The notes: generated by a model not told the origin, from the letters alone. A DNA stretch of 64,000 nt from the human T2T-CHM13v2.0 reference genome, Homo sapiens (GCF_009914755.1 NC_060926.1), one strand, 5' to 3'. Shown: positions 1 to 14,738, numbered from the stretch's first letter. Program-made: numbers and translations.

Positions 1-706
1 CACTCAACTGCTGGACAAAACCAGAAGGCAGTCTGGCCAGGCCCTTGTCTGCCTCTTAGAAGAAATCTAGGATTCTACAGGAAGGGAACAGTGGCTTATG
101 AAAAGAAAGGCAGGAAGCCTTTTGGAAAGTGAAGCTAAGCCTCCTTTGCATTTGTTCCTGCAGAGCTGGGGGAACAGCTCTTCCCCAACACCTTGGTCAG
201 GTCCCCTTGGGGGCTTTCTGCTGAAGGCTGACGGCTGAGAGTCATAGGGGGAAGGGGGTGATGGTGAATGGGGAGGAGGGTACAGAAAAGACAGGGTCTT
301 AGACTTTGTTTTAATTTTGTATTTAATTATATAAAACATTAATGTATGCCCAAGGTAGTGCATCCTTGCCTCTCCTCCCCACCTCGATTGCCATTTTTAT
401 TTGTTTTTTGATTTATCTTATTACTTTTGAAAAAAATCCAACGTATATCTTCCCTTTATTACAAAAGAGGTAGTGCACTCAAATACCATTTCATTTTGCT
501 TTCTCCATATGACAGCATCCCCTGGAGAAGGGTATAGAGGCTGTCCTTGGCATCTTACTCCACTATGTGGACATACCACAGCTTTTTCAATCACTTCCTA
601 TTGGTGGACATTAGGCTATTTCCAGTCCTTAGTGTAAATAATGCTGCAATGAGTAAGTACCCTTGAGCATATGTCACACTGTATTTTTGCCAGTGCGTCT
701 TTGTGA

Positions 707-886
<180 letters not shown>

Positions 887-889
887 TGA

Positions 890-1117
<228 letters not shown>

Positions 1118-1185
1118 TAGTTTTTGTTCCTCATCCTAACTGTGTGAAATTCCTATGTTTCATGCCCTCCTTTCTTTTTTCTCAG

Positions 1186-1222
1186 CAGGAGTCCTGGCAA
1201 AATAAGCATGCAGGTAGTAATG
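1186..1222 (+). CDS. CASP10: Caspase-10 internal coding exon (linker, QESWQNKHAGSN), 37 nt
   Basis: Pyrimidine tract + CAG acceptor (ctcag|cag gag), GT donor at 1223 (gtaggt). Translation matches the caspase-10 linker as I recall it. Confidence 0.93.
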
Positions 1223-2660
1223 GTAGGTATTTCTAATGTACTTTTTACAACTTAGATCGGTATGGTAGGGATAGACATATTTGATATATACCAAGGAATT
1301 CAAGGTGACTTGGAAGAGAAGCTTTATAAATAATGAATAATTCATTTTTTATTCCAATTCAAGGCAAGACATTGAATGCATGGATTGTACTAGGCTTTTC
1401 TATGGCAGTATGGAGAGGGCTGGGTGGTTTCTGCTCTGAATGCCTAGTATAGCAGATTCTAGGGACTGCAGGCGGCTGTTCTTCCTCCACCCTTCAGAAT
1501 TAGGCCACCCTCTGTGCAGCAGAAACAGCCCCCGCAGGGCTGAAGCCTTCAGGCCAGTAGTGACAGCAGAATGTGCAGTCTGGGTGCGTGTCCTCTATGG
1601 AGTGGTTCCAGATGTTGCTTCAGAGGGAGAGAAGAAGCAAGAGGAGGGACTTGAGGATGGTGTGTTTAGTTCCCTGAATCCCTGCCCAGAAACCATAACC
1701 TTAGGAAAATATTCCAGAATCTGCCATCAGGTTAAACTGCTTATGAACAAACAGGCTTTGGCGAAGTCTTTCTGTGGTATGTAAAGTTTGTCACAGACCA
1801 TTCCTCATTTTTTTTTCTGGAAAATTATCCTTCAGAGTCCAAGACACACAGCTTTGCTAGCAATTTGTCTTTTTGCCTAACACGGAGGTTGTGTGCTATG
1901 ATGTTGGTGACATTGACCAGGTCACCATTATTAAGCACTTGTCACATACTAGGCACTGTTCAGAGAGATTTCAGGGATTATATCATTTATTCCTCCATTC
2001 ACTGGAGGTAGGTAATACTGTTATTCTCACTAATGATGAGGAAACTGAGACCCATGAAATCTAGTGCTTTGCACTGCAGCTAAAAGGCACCGCAGCTAAA
2101 AAGAAGTGAAGCTGGGATTTGAACCCAGCTGTCTGATTCCAGAGCTTACTCTCCTAAGGCCAGGCTATCCCAGTGTCTATTTATGTGAGCTCAGGTGACT
2201 GCTTCACCCCTCTGAAGAATAAAGCAGTTTCTTTCAGCTTTACAATTCTGCGGTTCCAACATTTAGACGTGACTTCCCGTGGAGCATTACCTTCTCTCAT
2301 GGTGAGGAGGAATTTATAGGTGCTCTGAGCCACTGAAGCGTGGATCCCTTTTGCTGTATTTTCTGGTCTGGGGAATATGGACTTGCTCAGCCTGAGGACT
2401 GACCCTTAGCAGTAGTTAATAACTAACTCATGCCCCAGAGACAAGGACAGAGTTTGGTGGGTTCTACTACAAACTTCCTGTGAGTGGAAAAAGAAAACTG
2501 TTTGATGTTACATTTTCCTGTTAGTGCCATGTGACAAATAATGCATTGCTGACTTTCTCTCTGTGATAGAGTCTTTTCCAGAGGAATCAGGGAGTTGGCA
2601 GGAACACTTCAAAGCAGTGTGATCCTCAGTCGATGCCCAACTGGAACTTTCTTTTTCCCC

Positions 2661-2698
<38 letters not shown>

Positions 2699-2888
2699 GA
2701 GACAGGGCCTCACTCTGTTGCCTAGGCTGGAGTGCAGTGGTGTAATCACAGCTCACTGCAGCCTTGACCCCTCGGACTCAGGTGATCCTCCCACCTCAAC
2801 GTCCCAGGAAGCTGGGACTACAGGCAATGTGTCACCATGCCCAGCTAATTTTTTGTATTTTTTTTTTCTAGAGATGGGGTCTCACTAA

Positions 2889-3044
<156 letters not shown>

Positions 3045-3337
3045 TAAATGCTGACTCAATCCAACCATACTTGAGCTGGAAGCCTTGAGCTGATCCATGG
3101 GATCTTAATTAATTCCCCACCCAATCCCTGCCAGCAGCATAGTTTCCAACCCAGACAAAGCAAAAAAGAATGCGAAGACACATCAGTCTCTCCCATCAGG
3201 AAGGGCATGGTGGCTGAATTTGTCTCAGGAGGGCCTTGAGAGAAGCATAATTCTCCAGAATTAGATGCGAAAATTATCAGTGAAGAAATCTAAGTGCTTG
3301 GGGAAGATATTTGGAGTCTGAGTACCTCTCTTTCTAG

Positions 3338-3429
3338 GTAACAGAGCCACAAATGGTGCACCAAGCCTGGTCTCCAGGGGGATGCAAGGAGCATCTGCTA
3401 ACACTCTAAACTCTGAAACCAGCACAAAG
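3338..3429 (+). CDS. CASP10: Caspase-10 internal coding exon (GNRATNGAPSLVSRGMQGASANTLNSETSTK), 92 nt
   Basis: tttctag| acceptor, |gtctgg donor. Phase is compatible with the flanking exons and the peptide is recognisable caspase-10. Confidence 0.93.
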
Positions 3430-3895
3430 GTCTGGATGGTTTCTTTTATTCCTTTTTTAATAAAAAATTTTTTTTTCCAAATTTAATCAAAAGGACGGTT
3501 TCTTTAGGGGCTCTCTCCCTAGGGTCCAGCCTTCGATGATTTTAAGGGCTCCGAGCTGTTTGTTTCAGACTTGTTTCTCCCTCTCTCTGTAATTATCTCT
3601 GTTCTTCCCACCTTTTTCTGTATCAATCAGAAGTGACTGATCCCTTTGACTGTGGAGGAAATGCTGTTACACTTTGAGTCATGCATACCCTTTGGGTTAT
3701 TTCTGGAGAGGGGTAGTTTCTTTTCTTATCCATTGAAGCCACTTGTTTTCTGCTTGGATAAAGATGTACCACGATTTCAAGGATGATTTTAGCTGCCCAG
3801 AGGCTCTGCTAAAGCCAGCTCAGCTAATTTGCAATCACATGCTGTTTACAATAGCCTTAAAAAATAATTGCACATGTTTTTAAATTCCTACTGTG

Positions 3896-4100
3896 AATAT
3901 ATATATATATTGAATTTTAAAAATTGAATATACAGCCATCTTTATATACATATGAATATATATCAGCCATCTTTATATATATATGAATATATATGTGTAT
4001 ATATATACTTTATTTATAAGTATACTTTATATATATATACTTATATATTAAGTGTATATATATATATACACACACTCATATATATATTCACATATATATA
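3896..4100. repeat. Degenerate (TA)n microsatellite
   Basis: Runs of atatatat with interruptions. Confidence 0.85.
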
Positions 4101-4769
4101 AAGATGGCGGTCTCACTGTGTTGCCCAGGCTTGTCCTGAACTCTCAGGCTCAAGGAATTCTCCTGCCTCAGCCACCCAAGTACCACCATGCCAGCTTGTA
4201 TATTATTTTTATATTCAGAAATAAAATTACAAAAGATTTCCCTTTTTTGAAGGCATTAGATCACTCCAGAAATGAACCATCTGAAAAAAATCTTTGATAT
4301 TTATGTTGTCTCATGAAATCCTTGTGTATGCTTTCTTCATTCATGTTGCTAATATGAAAGTGAAGATGCTTTTGCATAAACCCTGGGTTTGACAATATTA
4401 AAATATATATTCCATTTTCTTAACTGTCATGATTGAGCTTCTCCAGCCAAACCAGGTGAAGTCTGAATTTTAATCAGGATCTGGCATTTCACCTTGGAAT
4501 TAATTAGCTAATTCCACACTAGGGCCAGGATCTTGAGAACTCTCTGCCTCTGATACTGGGAGTGGCATCCTGAAAGAAAGGAACTGTCTAATCTTTAGTG
4601 CAAATGAGATTTATCCTTTGTCCTGGGCTCTAGGACTTAAAAAAGAATCTTTGAAATTTTATTCAGATCACAATTGTGCAGTAAAAGTGAGTTGCAGAGT
4701 AGTCAGAATCCCCAGTTTTTCAATATGTGACTTCAGAAATAATGTGGCATAAATACCCCAAGGGGTTTA

Positions 4770-5310
<541 letters not shown>

Positions 5311-5530
5311 TCACTCACTCCAGCCTGGGCAACAAGAGTGAGACTCCATCTCAAAACAACAACAACAGCAACAACAAAATAACAACAACAACAAAAACAT
5401 GGTTTAAACAACTGGCATGGGGAGATACATCCTGCTCTTCCTCACAGTGGATCCATTGGAGTGGTTGGTTAGAAACATTTAAGGCCCTAAGATAAGGATT
5501 CCTACTAAGTGGCTCTATCTATTCTTCAAG

Positions 5531-5639
5531 AGGGCAGCTGTGTACAGGATGAATCGGAACCACAGAGGCCTCTGTGTCATTGTCAACAACCACAGCTTTA
5601 CCTCCCTGAAGGACAGACAAGGAACCCATAAAGATGCTG
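5531..5639 (+). CDS. CASP10: Caspase-10 exon, start of large catalytic subunit (RAAVYRMNRNHRGLCVIVNNHSFTSLKDRQGTHKDA), 109 nt
   Basis: ttcaag| acceptor, |gtaaga donor. Contains the caspase motifs YxM...G.C.I.NN..F and R.GT..D. Confidence 0.96.
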
Positions 5640-6095
5640 GTAAGAAAGTCTGGAACAGTTTATCAAATGCAAATTGGGGATCTTAAAATTATTTTTTATT
5701 TTCACATTTTCTTTCTGTGACTTTTATCTTCCATATACGTGTAAGGATGATATCATGTTTCTGAGCCTCTTATATATCCCTGGGGAGTCATCAGTCTGCT
5801 AAAGAGTGGCAAGAATCTTTGACTATTCACAATTCTGAATAGAGGAGAGCATGTACTGGGGGAGAGCCTGCTGGATTGGCACGAGACAACTTGGGCGTGA
5901 GCTCCAGCTCCACCACTAACTAGGTGTGTGATCATGGGAGAGTCAAGAGACCTTGGCTTCTTCAACTGTGAAACAGGATGAAACACTGGCCACTGCCGAT
6001 TCTCAGGACTGTTGTGACAACACTGGGTATTACGTGATAGGAGATTCATTGTAAGATTTTATGGTTATGAAAATAAAAATAATCCAAAGCTTTAG

Positions 6096-6518
<423 letters not shown>

Positions 6519-6525
6519 TAAACAG

Positions 6526-7018
6526 AGATCCTGAGTCATGTGTTCCAGTGGCTTGGGTTCACAGTGCATATACACAATAATGTGACGAAAGTGGAAATGG
6601 AGATGGTCCTGCAGAAGCAGAAGTGCAATCCAGCCCATGCCGACGGGGACTGCTTCGTGTTCTGTATTCTGACCCATGGGAGATTTGGAGCTGTCTACTC
6701 TTCGGATGAGGCCCTCATTCCCATTCGGGAGATCATGTCTCACTTCACAGCCCTGCAGTGCCCTAGACTGGCTGAAAAACCTAAACTCTTTTTCATCCAG
6801 GCCTGCCAAGGTGAAGAGATACAGCCTTCCGTATCCATCGAAGCAGATGCTCTGAACCCTGAGCAGGCACCCACTTCCCTGCAGGACAGTATTCCTGCCG
6901 AGGCTGACTTCCTACTTGGTCTGGCCACTGTCCCAGGCTATGTATCCTTTCGGCATGTGGAGGAAGGCAGCTGGTATATTCAGTCTCTGTGTAATCATCT
7001 GAAGAAATTGGTCCCAAG
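6526..7018 (+). CDS. CASP10: Caspase-10 catalytic exon (LTHG His, QACQG Cys at 6804-6806, IEAD cleavage site, GSWYIQSL), 493 nt
   Basis: ORF 6540..7022 with caspase catalytic motifs; long pyrimidine tract + aacag| acceptor; |gtgaga donor. Confidence 0.98.
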
Positions 7019-7162
7019 GTGAGAGCTCTTTTTTTTCTTCCATTTGTAATTAATTAGTTTTATTTATTTTTTATTTTACTCTCATTCAACACCTTTGGTA
7101 AGGGTGAGAGTTCTACGTTGTTCTATCCATGTACCTGTTCAACCATCTGCCTACCCTCCTGT

Positions 7163-7260
7163 TTATCTATTTATCCATCTATCCACCCATTCATCTATCC
7201 ATCCATCTATCCACCCATTCATCTATCCATCCATCCATCTGTCCATCCATCCATCCATCC
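7163..7260 (+). repeat. (TCCA)n/(TCTA)n microsatellite
   Basis: Repeated atcc/atct units. Confidence 0.92.
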
Positions 7261-9380
7261 GGCAACCTTGTATTGAGTACCAGCCTGGACCTGGAAAGGA
7301 AGATACAGAGTTAAAAAAAGACAGAGTCCTTGCCCTCAGGTTGCTTACAAGCTAGAGGGATAGACAAACAAATAGACGGGGAAGGGCATCCCCAGCTGGT
7401 AAGTGCACATTGTGAAGTATAGGTGTTATGGGAACATGCAGAATGAGTACCTTGCCCAGATTTGAAGGATCAGAGGAGGCTTCTAGAAATGACAAATAGA
7501 TGTTAGGTAAAGAATCAGGTGAAAGATGTGCTGGGCAGAGGGAATAGCATGAACAAAAGCATGGGGGCCTTTTATTTGTTCGTTTATTTATCACTCACTC
7601 TTACGTCCTGAGCACCTATGTGCTATCTTTGGACTTCTATTTGCCACTGCTCTGACAGCTTCCCTTCTGTCTCTGCCACATGCTGTCCTCTTGGCACCTT
7701 TAGCCATACCTAGAGGCCATGGGCTCCTCCATGAAAACGTCTCCAAAGTTGCCATCTCTGGCCCACTCATCTCTGAATTCCTGGGGGCAGAGACCCTGTT
7801 TCATTCAACTTTATATCCTCAGCCCCTGACCTGATATATTGTGAGCTTGTTAAACATTTGCTGGGCCAATGAATGACTTGCTTGAGCCTGTCTCATTAAC
7901 ATCCCGCTAGATATCCTACCTCTGTTTAGCCCTTGGACCTCACATTCAGCATGCATGTTTCTGAGCTCATCTTCCCAGCTCTCTCCAGGAGCTCCTACTC
8001 CTGAATTTCCATTTGAAGGAATGGCCATAGTGCTCTTCTGGGAATTCAGGATTGGAACCTTGAGTCAACTTTGCTTTTCTCTCTTCTTTACCAGCCCCTC
8101 CATTCTCATCACAGACATCAGAGGCTAATGTCTATGGCTTCAGGAACAAGGCAATATTTATTGAGAGCGTACTATGTGCTTACTGTACTGGGTACCGAAC
8201 TGGGGACAGGGGGTGCAACTGTGTACAAGAGAGACAAAATCTGCTCTCCAGGGAGCTAAAAGTCCAGTGAAGGAAGGACAGATAATAAAAATATAAGTGA
8301 ATATTTAAATTATTATTATTTTAAAAATTCAACAATATTAAAAGGAGACAGTATACATGCATGATTAAGCAATGTGTGGTTTTTTTTGGTACTCCAGAAA
8401 TTTCTGTTATTTTTAATTGATACTTCATAACTACATATTTCAGGGTTATAATTTGATGTTTCAATACATATATGTGTTGTATAACGATCAAATCAGGGTA
8501 GTTAGTGTATCCATCACCTCATGCATTTATCATTTCTTTGTGGTGAGAACCTCTAAAAGCCTCTCTTGTAGCTATTTTGTAATATACAACACCTTACTGA
8601 TTGATCGATTGATTTAAATATGGGATCTCACCATGTTGCCGAGGCTGGCCTTGAACTCCTAGGCTCAAGCAATCTTCCTGCCTTAGCCTTGTAAGTAGCT
8701 AGGATTATATGCTCAAACCACAGTGCCCAGCTCAGAATGCCTTACTGTTAACCATAGTCACCCCACTGTGCAGCAGAACACCAGAGGTTATTTCTCCTAT
8801 CTAATTGTAACTTTGTACCCATTGACTAACCTCTCATCTTCCCTTCCCTCCTTCTCTCTCTCATCTTTGTAATTGCTGTTCTAATCACTGCTTCTATGAC
8901 ATCAACTTTTTAAACAAAGATTCCACATGAGTGAGAACAAGCAGATTTTTTCTGTGTCTTGCTTATTTCACTCTGGGCTCATTCATGTTGTCAGACATGT
9001 CAGGATTTTCTTTTTTTATGGCTGAATGGTATTCTGTCACGTATAAATATCACATTTTCTTTATCCATATATCCATTTTTGGACCCTTAGGTTGATTCCA
9101 TATCTTGGCTATTGTAAATAATGCTGCAGTAAACTGGGAGTGCAGATATCTCTCTGACATATTGATTGCATTTTCTTTGTTTATATACTTAGTATGGGGA
9201 TTGCTGGATCATATAGTATTTTTATTTTTCATTTTATGAGGAACTGGCATACTATTTTCCATAATGGCTGTACTAATTTTCAATACCACCAACAGTGTGT
9301 AAGTGTTCCCTTTTCTCCAGATCTTTGCCAATATGTGTTTTCTTTTGTTTCCTCGATAATAGCCATTCTAACTTGAGTGA

Positions 9381-9717
<337 letters not shown>

Positions 9718-9750
9718 TGATTTGCATTTCCGTGATGATTAGTGATGTTG

Positions 9751-10543
9751 AGGGGTGGAAGCGGGTAAGTAGGAAAACTCCCACCACAACTATAGTGCTA
9801 GAGTGAAGTAGGGCTGAGACTGGGGTTGGGCCTTCCAAGGCGGAAGGAAGTCAGGGGTGGAGGCCAAGTTGGGCTGATTTTCCTGCTGCTGCTAAGAGAA
9901 AACCAATTAATGGAAGAAGGTTGGGGGTAGGGTTAAGGATAAGTATTTGTTGAGGCTCTCATGTATTGGATGATGAGAGGAATCATGCTATAGCTAAAAT
10001 AAAGCCAATGTCACCAATGCGATTGTATAGAATTGCTTGGAGGGCTGCTGTGTTAGCATCTGCTTGGCCATGTCATCAGCCAATTAGTAGAAAAGATATA
10101 ATTCCTACACCCTCTCATCTGATAAAGAGTTGGAAAATGTTGTTGGCAGTAACTAGAATTAATATTGTGGTGAGGAAAATAAGTAGGTATTTGAAAAACT
10201 GATTAATGTTCAGATCTGCCTTCATATATCATATTGAGAATTCTATAATAGATCAAGTGATAAATAGTGCTACTAGAATAAACATTATGGAGAATTAGTC
10301 TAGTTTGAAGCTTAATGAGAGTTTTAGGGTTTGGATTGTTATTCAGTATCAGTTTGAGATGATGGTTTCTTGGTCTGTACACATAAATGTTGTGGGAATG
10401 AGGCTAATGGTGAAAGTGCATGCGACAGCTATTTTTACATAGTATGGATATGAGTTCTTTTTGTGAGGGTTGATAAAGGTAATAATAATTGGTAAGGTTA
10501 AGGAGATTAAGGTTATTATAGTAATGGAAAAATACATGATTAT
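9751..10543 (-). pseudogene. ND5 pseudogene fragment (5' ~790 nt)
   Basis: Begins ATA ATC ATG TAT after tRNA-Leu; contains the [10 protein letters not shown](W)[22 protein letters not shown] motif. Confidence 0.92.
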
Positions 10544-10614
10544 TACTTTTATTTGGAGTTGCACCAATATTTTTGGTTCCTAAGACCAATGGATAACTCT
10601 CATCCTCTAAAAGT
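10544..10614 (-). pseudogene. mt-tRNA-Leu(CUN) look-alike within NUMT
   Basis: ACTTTTAGAGGATGAGAGTTATCCATTGGTCTTAGGAACC...CAAATAAAAGTA; anticodon TAG retained. Confidence 0.9.
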
Positions 10615-10673
10615 TGAGAAAACTATGTTGTTAGGCATGGAGGCATGAGTTAGCAGTTCTTGCAAACTTTATC
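10615..10673 (-). pseudogene. mt-tRNA-Ser(AGY) look-alike within NUMT
   Basis: ...CAAGAACTGCTAACTCATGCCTCCATG...TTTCTCA; anticodon GCT retained. Confidence 0.9.
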
Positions 10674-10741
10674 GGTAAATAAGAAGTTGCGGACTTCTAT
10701 TATTAGACCACAATCTAACATTTTGATTAAACTATATTTAC
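10674..10741 (-). pseudogene. mt-tRNA-His look-alike within NUMT
   Basis: GTAAATATAGTTTAATCAAAA...AGATTGTGGTCT...TTATTTACC; anticodon GTG retained. Confidence 0.9.
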
Positions 10742-12116
10742 AAGGTATAAGTCCTATAATAATTTTAGGATTTAGAGATAGTAAGAGAATTGGTGAAAGG
10801 TGTATGAGTATTAGTATGTTTTCTCGTGTAAAGGAAGGTTTAATGCTGTTAATATAGTATGTTAGTGTTCCTTGTTGTGTTGTGACAAGTATATAGAGGG
10901 AATAAAGGGCTGTGATTAATATATTAAGTCCTATAAGCATGATGGTAGTGTTTGATCAGGAGAATGAAGCCGTTGTTACAAGGAGTTCTCCTACTAGATT
11001 AATAGTGGGGGGTAGGGCAAGGTTGGTGAGATTTGCTGTAAGTCATCAAAAGGTTACTAGTGGAAGTAATGTTTGACGTCCTCGAGAGAGTAATATGATT
11101 CAGCTGTGGATTCACTTGTAGTTTGAATTTGCTAGGCAGAATAGTAGGGACGAAGTAAGTCCATGGGGAATTATGAGGATAATTGCACTGGTAAAACTTC
11201 AGGGGGTTTGAATGAGGATAGCCACAATAACAAGTACCATGTGGCTTACGGAGGAATGTGCAATAAGTGACTTTAGATCAGTTTGTCGTAGACAGATGGA
11301 GCTTGTCATAATATGCCTCATAAGGATAATATCAGGAAAGGATAGGCTATATGTTCTGTCAGAGGGCTGAGGATGAGGGTAAGTCGCATTTTGTGTAGCC
11401 GCCCAATTTTAGGAGCACTGCTGCAAGTACTATTGAGCCAGCCTTAGGTGCTTATACATGGGCTTTGGGAAGTCATAGGTGAAGTCAGTATAGGGGTATT
11501 TTTACTATGAAGGCCATTATACATGCCAATCACATGAGATTGTTGGATCAGGAGATTGGTAGTTCTTGATATTAAATGTTATTATTATCATGCTCAGTGA
11601 GCCTAGGATATTTTGGGCATAAATAAGTGTAATAAGTAGGGGGAGGGATCCCACTAGTGTGTAAAATAAGAGATATGTACCTGCATTGAGGCGTTCTGGT
11701 TGGTTACCCCATCGGGTGATAATAATTAAGATAGGGATAAGTGTAGCTTCAAAGAGAATATAAAATATAATTAGTTCTGTGGCTGTAAATGCTATGATTA
11801 GAAAAATTTGTAGGGAAATTAATATGGAAATACAGGGTTTTTTCCATAGGGGTGATTCACTGGAGAGGTGGTACTGGCTTGCTATAGTTATAAGAGGTAG
11901 TAGTCAGGCTGTTAAGATTAGAAGGGGTGATGTTAGCGGATCAGAGGAGAAAGTTAATGAGAAGTTGAATAGATTGTCGTTGAATTAGTTAAAGAATAAT
12001 AGGGCAATGAAGCTGGTGATTAGGCTGTGGGTAGCCATATTGATTCAAATTGTATAATTTTTAGAGAGTCATGTTATTGGTAGTAGTATAATTGTAGGAA
12101 TAGTTATTTTTAGCAT
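10742..12116 (-). pseudogene. ND4 pseudogene (full span, disrupted)
   Basis: ATG overlapping the ND4L stop. In-frame TAA in the KAHVEAP motif (~11455) and a 1-nt deletion after LKLGGY (~11395). Confidence 0.92.
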
Positions 12117-12406
12117 TGAAGTAAATTTAGGTTATGTATGTAGTCTAAGCCATATATGTTGGAAATTGAAAGTAGCAAAGCAAGGCCTACCCTGGCTTTG
12201 CAGGCAGCAAATACTGGTAGAGTAATGGGTATTACATTTGCTAGGGTGAAGTGTATATTTAAAGCTATAAGGGTATTTACTATGAATAATGATAATATTA
12301 TTCCTTCTAGGCATAGGAGGGATGATATTAGGTGGGACTGATAGACTAATACCCCCAGAAGTGATATGATAAATGCTAATATGATACTTATGTAAATAGA
12401 GGGCAT
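12110..12406 (-). pseudogene. ND4L copy, full-length 98-codon frame open in the nuclear code
   Basis: [18 protein letters not shown]...[14 protein letters not shown]; same length as mitochondrial ND4L. Confidence 0.93.
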
Positions 12407-12464
12407 TTGGTAAGTATGTTCTATCATAATCTAATGAAATCATTTATTTTGCCTTAAACTACTT
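12407..12464 (-). pseudogene. mt-tRNA-Arg remnant with 5-nt deletion through the anticodon loop
   Basis: + strand reads taatgaaatcat where mtDNA reads taatgagtcgaaatcat. Confidence 0.82.
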
Positions 12465-14738
12465 ATTTTTTTCTTATACCTGTGGACCATTTGTATGTCT
12501 TCTTTTGAGAAATGTCTGTTAAAGTCTTTTGCCCATTTTTAAATGGGGTTATTTGTTTTTTTGCTGTTGAGTTATTTAAGTTCCTTATGTATTCTAAATA
12601 TTAACTCCTTGTGAGATGTATAATTTGCAAATTTTTTTCCTATTTTGTAGGTTGTCTCTTCCCTCGGTTTTTTTTTTTTTTTTTTTTTTTTGCCGTGCAA
12701 AAGGGTTTTAATTTGATGTAAACTCATTTGTCTATTTTTGCTTTTGTTGTCTGTGCTTTTGAAGTCTTGTTTTAAAAATCCTTGCCCAACCCAATGTCAT
12801 GATATGTTTGCCCTGTTTTCTTGCAGCAGCTTCATAGTTTCAGGTTTTACATTTAAGTCTTACACATTTTGAGTTGGTTTTTGTTTATGGTGAGAGGTAA
12901 GTGGTTAGTCTCATTTTTCTGTGTATGGATATTCAATTTTCCCAGCACCGTTTTTTGAAGAGATTCTCTTTTACCTATTGTGTGTTCTGGGCACCTTTGT
13001 CAAAAATCAGTTGGCTGTAGGTGTGTGAATTTATTTCTGGGCTCTATATTCTGTTCTATTGATCTATGTGTCTGTTTTTATACCACTACCATGCTGTTTT
13101 GGTAACTCTAGATTTGTAGTATATTTTGAAGTCAGGTGGTGGGATGCCTCCAGTTTTGTTCTTTTTGCTCAGCATTGCTTTCACTATTTGGGGTCTTTTG
13201 TGGTTCCATATACATTTTAGGGTTTTTTTCCCTATTTATGTGAAGAATGTAATTTTTTTGTTTGTTTTTGTTTTGTTTTGTTTTAGAGATGGGGTCTTGT
13301 TATGTTGTCCAGGCTAGACTTGAACTCCTGGGCTCAAGCAATCCTCCCACCTCAGACTCCTGAGTAGCTAGGACTACAGGCATTTGCCACTGCACTTGGC
13401 TTGTCACTGGTATTTTGATAGGGACTGCATTAAATCTGTAGGTCACCTTGGGTAGTATGGTCATTTTAACAAGATTATTCTTCTAACCCATGAACACGAG
13501 ATATCTTTCCATTTATTTGTGTCCTCTTCACTTTCTTTCATCAATGTTTTATAGTTTTCAGTGTTTAATATTTAAGTTAATGATATTTTAATTGTTTAAT
13601 ATTTATTTAATAATTTTATTATTCAATTATTATTTAATATTAATTTAAATAATATTTAAATTAATAAGAAAAAATTAGCCAGGTGTGGTGGCATGCACCT
13701 GTAGTCCTAGCTATTAGGGAGTCTGAAGTGGGAGGATTGCTTAAGCCCAGAAGTTTGAGGCTGTAGTGAACTACGATCGCATTACCGCATTCTAGCCTGG
13801 GCAACAGAGCGAGATCCTGTCTCTAACAAAAAGAGGCAATTTCAGGAAGTGATCCCTGCCATGAACAAATCAAAACAGGATAATGGTAGTTTCTTGGTGG
13901 AGGTAATATTTCAGGTGAGACTAAATGATAAGAAGGAAACAGACACAGGAAGATTTGGGAATAGAGAGCAGGTGCAAAGCAAGATGCAGGGATTGAGAGC
14001 AGGTAAGGGCCTGCATCCCTTCCCTGAAAAATAGTGATAGTTAAGGATGAGGGGATGAGAGTAGTCATACTAATACTAAAAATGATGGTCAGCAGAACAG
14101 TGTAGCCAGTGTTCTAAGTGCTTGACCCAATATACATCCTTTAATGCTCTCGGCAACCCCTAAGATGGGGACTGTTATGGTTCCTATTTTAGAGCTGGGA
14201 AAACCGAGGCATGGAGCAGTGAGTAACCAGCCTAAGAGCACACAATGAATGAATGATGGAGCCACAATTTAAAATTGAATGTGTTTTCAGAACCTGTGCT
14301 TGCTTCCAGTGATATGTATTGCCTACCCTGAGAACGTTCTGCTAAATGCTATATGTCCTGCAAGCCCAGGCTCAAATGCTACCATCTGCATGAAGCCTTC
14401 TCTCTCCCTCCCAACCAGAAATGCATTCTCCTCTGAACTTGCAGTGGAACCTTGACCTTTCATTTGGTGTTGACCACATTCTGCCTTGTGTTATGAATAT
14501 TGTGTATATGCCATCCTCGGTAAATGTTTCATATCTGCATTCTAAGTGGTTAACTTCAGGAATTGTGTCATGTCTATCTTTGTATCTCTCCCAAGACTAC
14601 AGATAGAGAGGGCATTGTTGGTATCTGTGGCATCTGCTGCATATTTGTTGATCTAAGACCTGGTACATGGTACCTGGTGTCTTTTCTAAGACCTGGTGTG
14701 TGGTTTCTACCTCCTGACTGAAAAAAGTTTCTTCTCTG

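Larger units (their letters stand above)
9751..12464 (-). pseudogene. NUMT, ~2.7 kb: tRNA-Arg, ND4L, ND4, tRNA-His/Ser/Leu and 5' part of ND5, in mitochondrial gene order
   Basis: Minus-strand ORFs translate to ND4L, ND4 C-terminus and ND5 N-terminus; recognisable mt-tRNA sequences between them. Confidence 0.96.

Noticed and set aside
247-280. G-rich tract with G-quadruplex potential
   Set aside because: Irregular G-runs deep in an intron; common by chance and no supporting context.
7095-7355. His/Pro/Ser/Ile-rich ORFs
   Set aside because: Translations of the (TCCA)n microsatellite.
10544-10741. Functional tRNA genes
   Set aside because: Mitochondrial-type tRNA copies inside a decayed NUMT; treated as pseudogenes.
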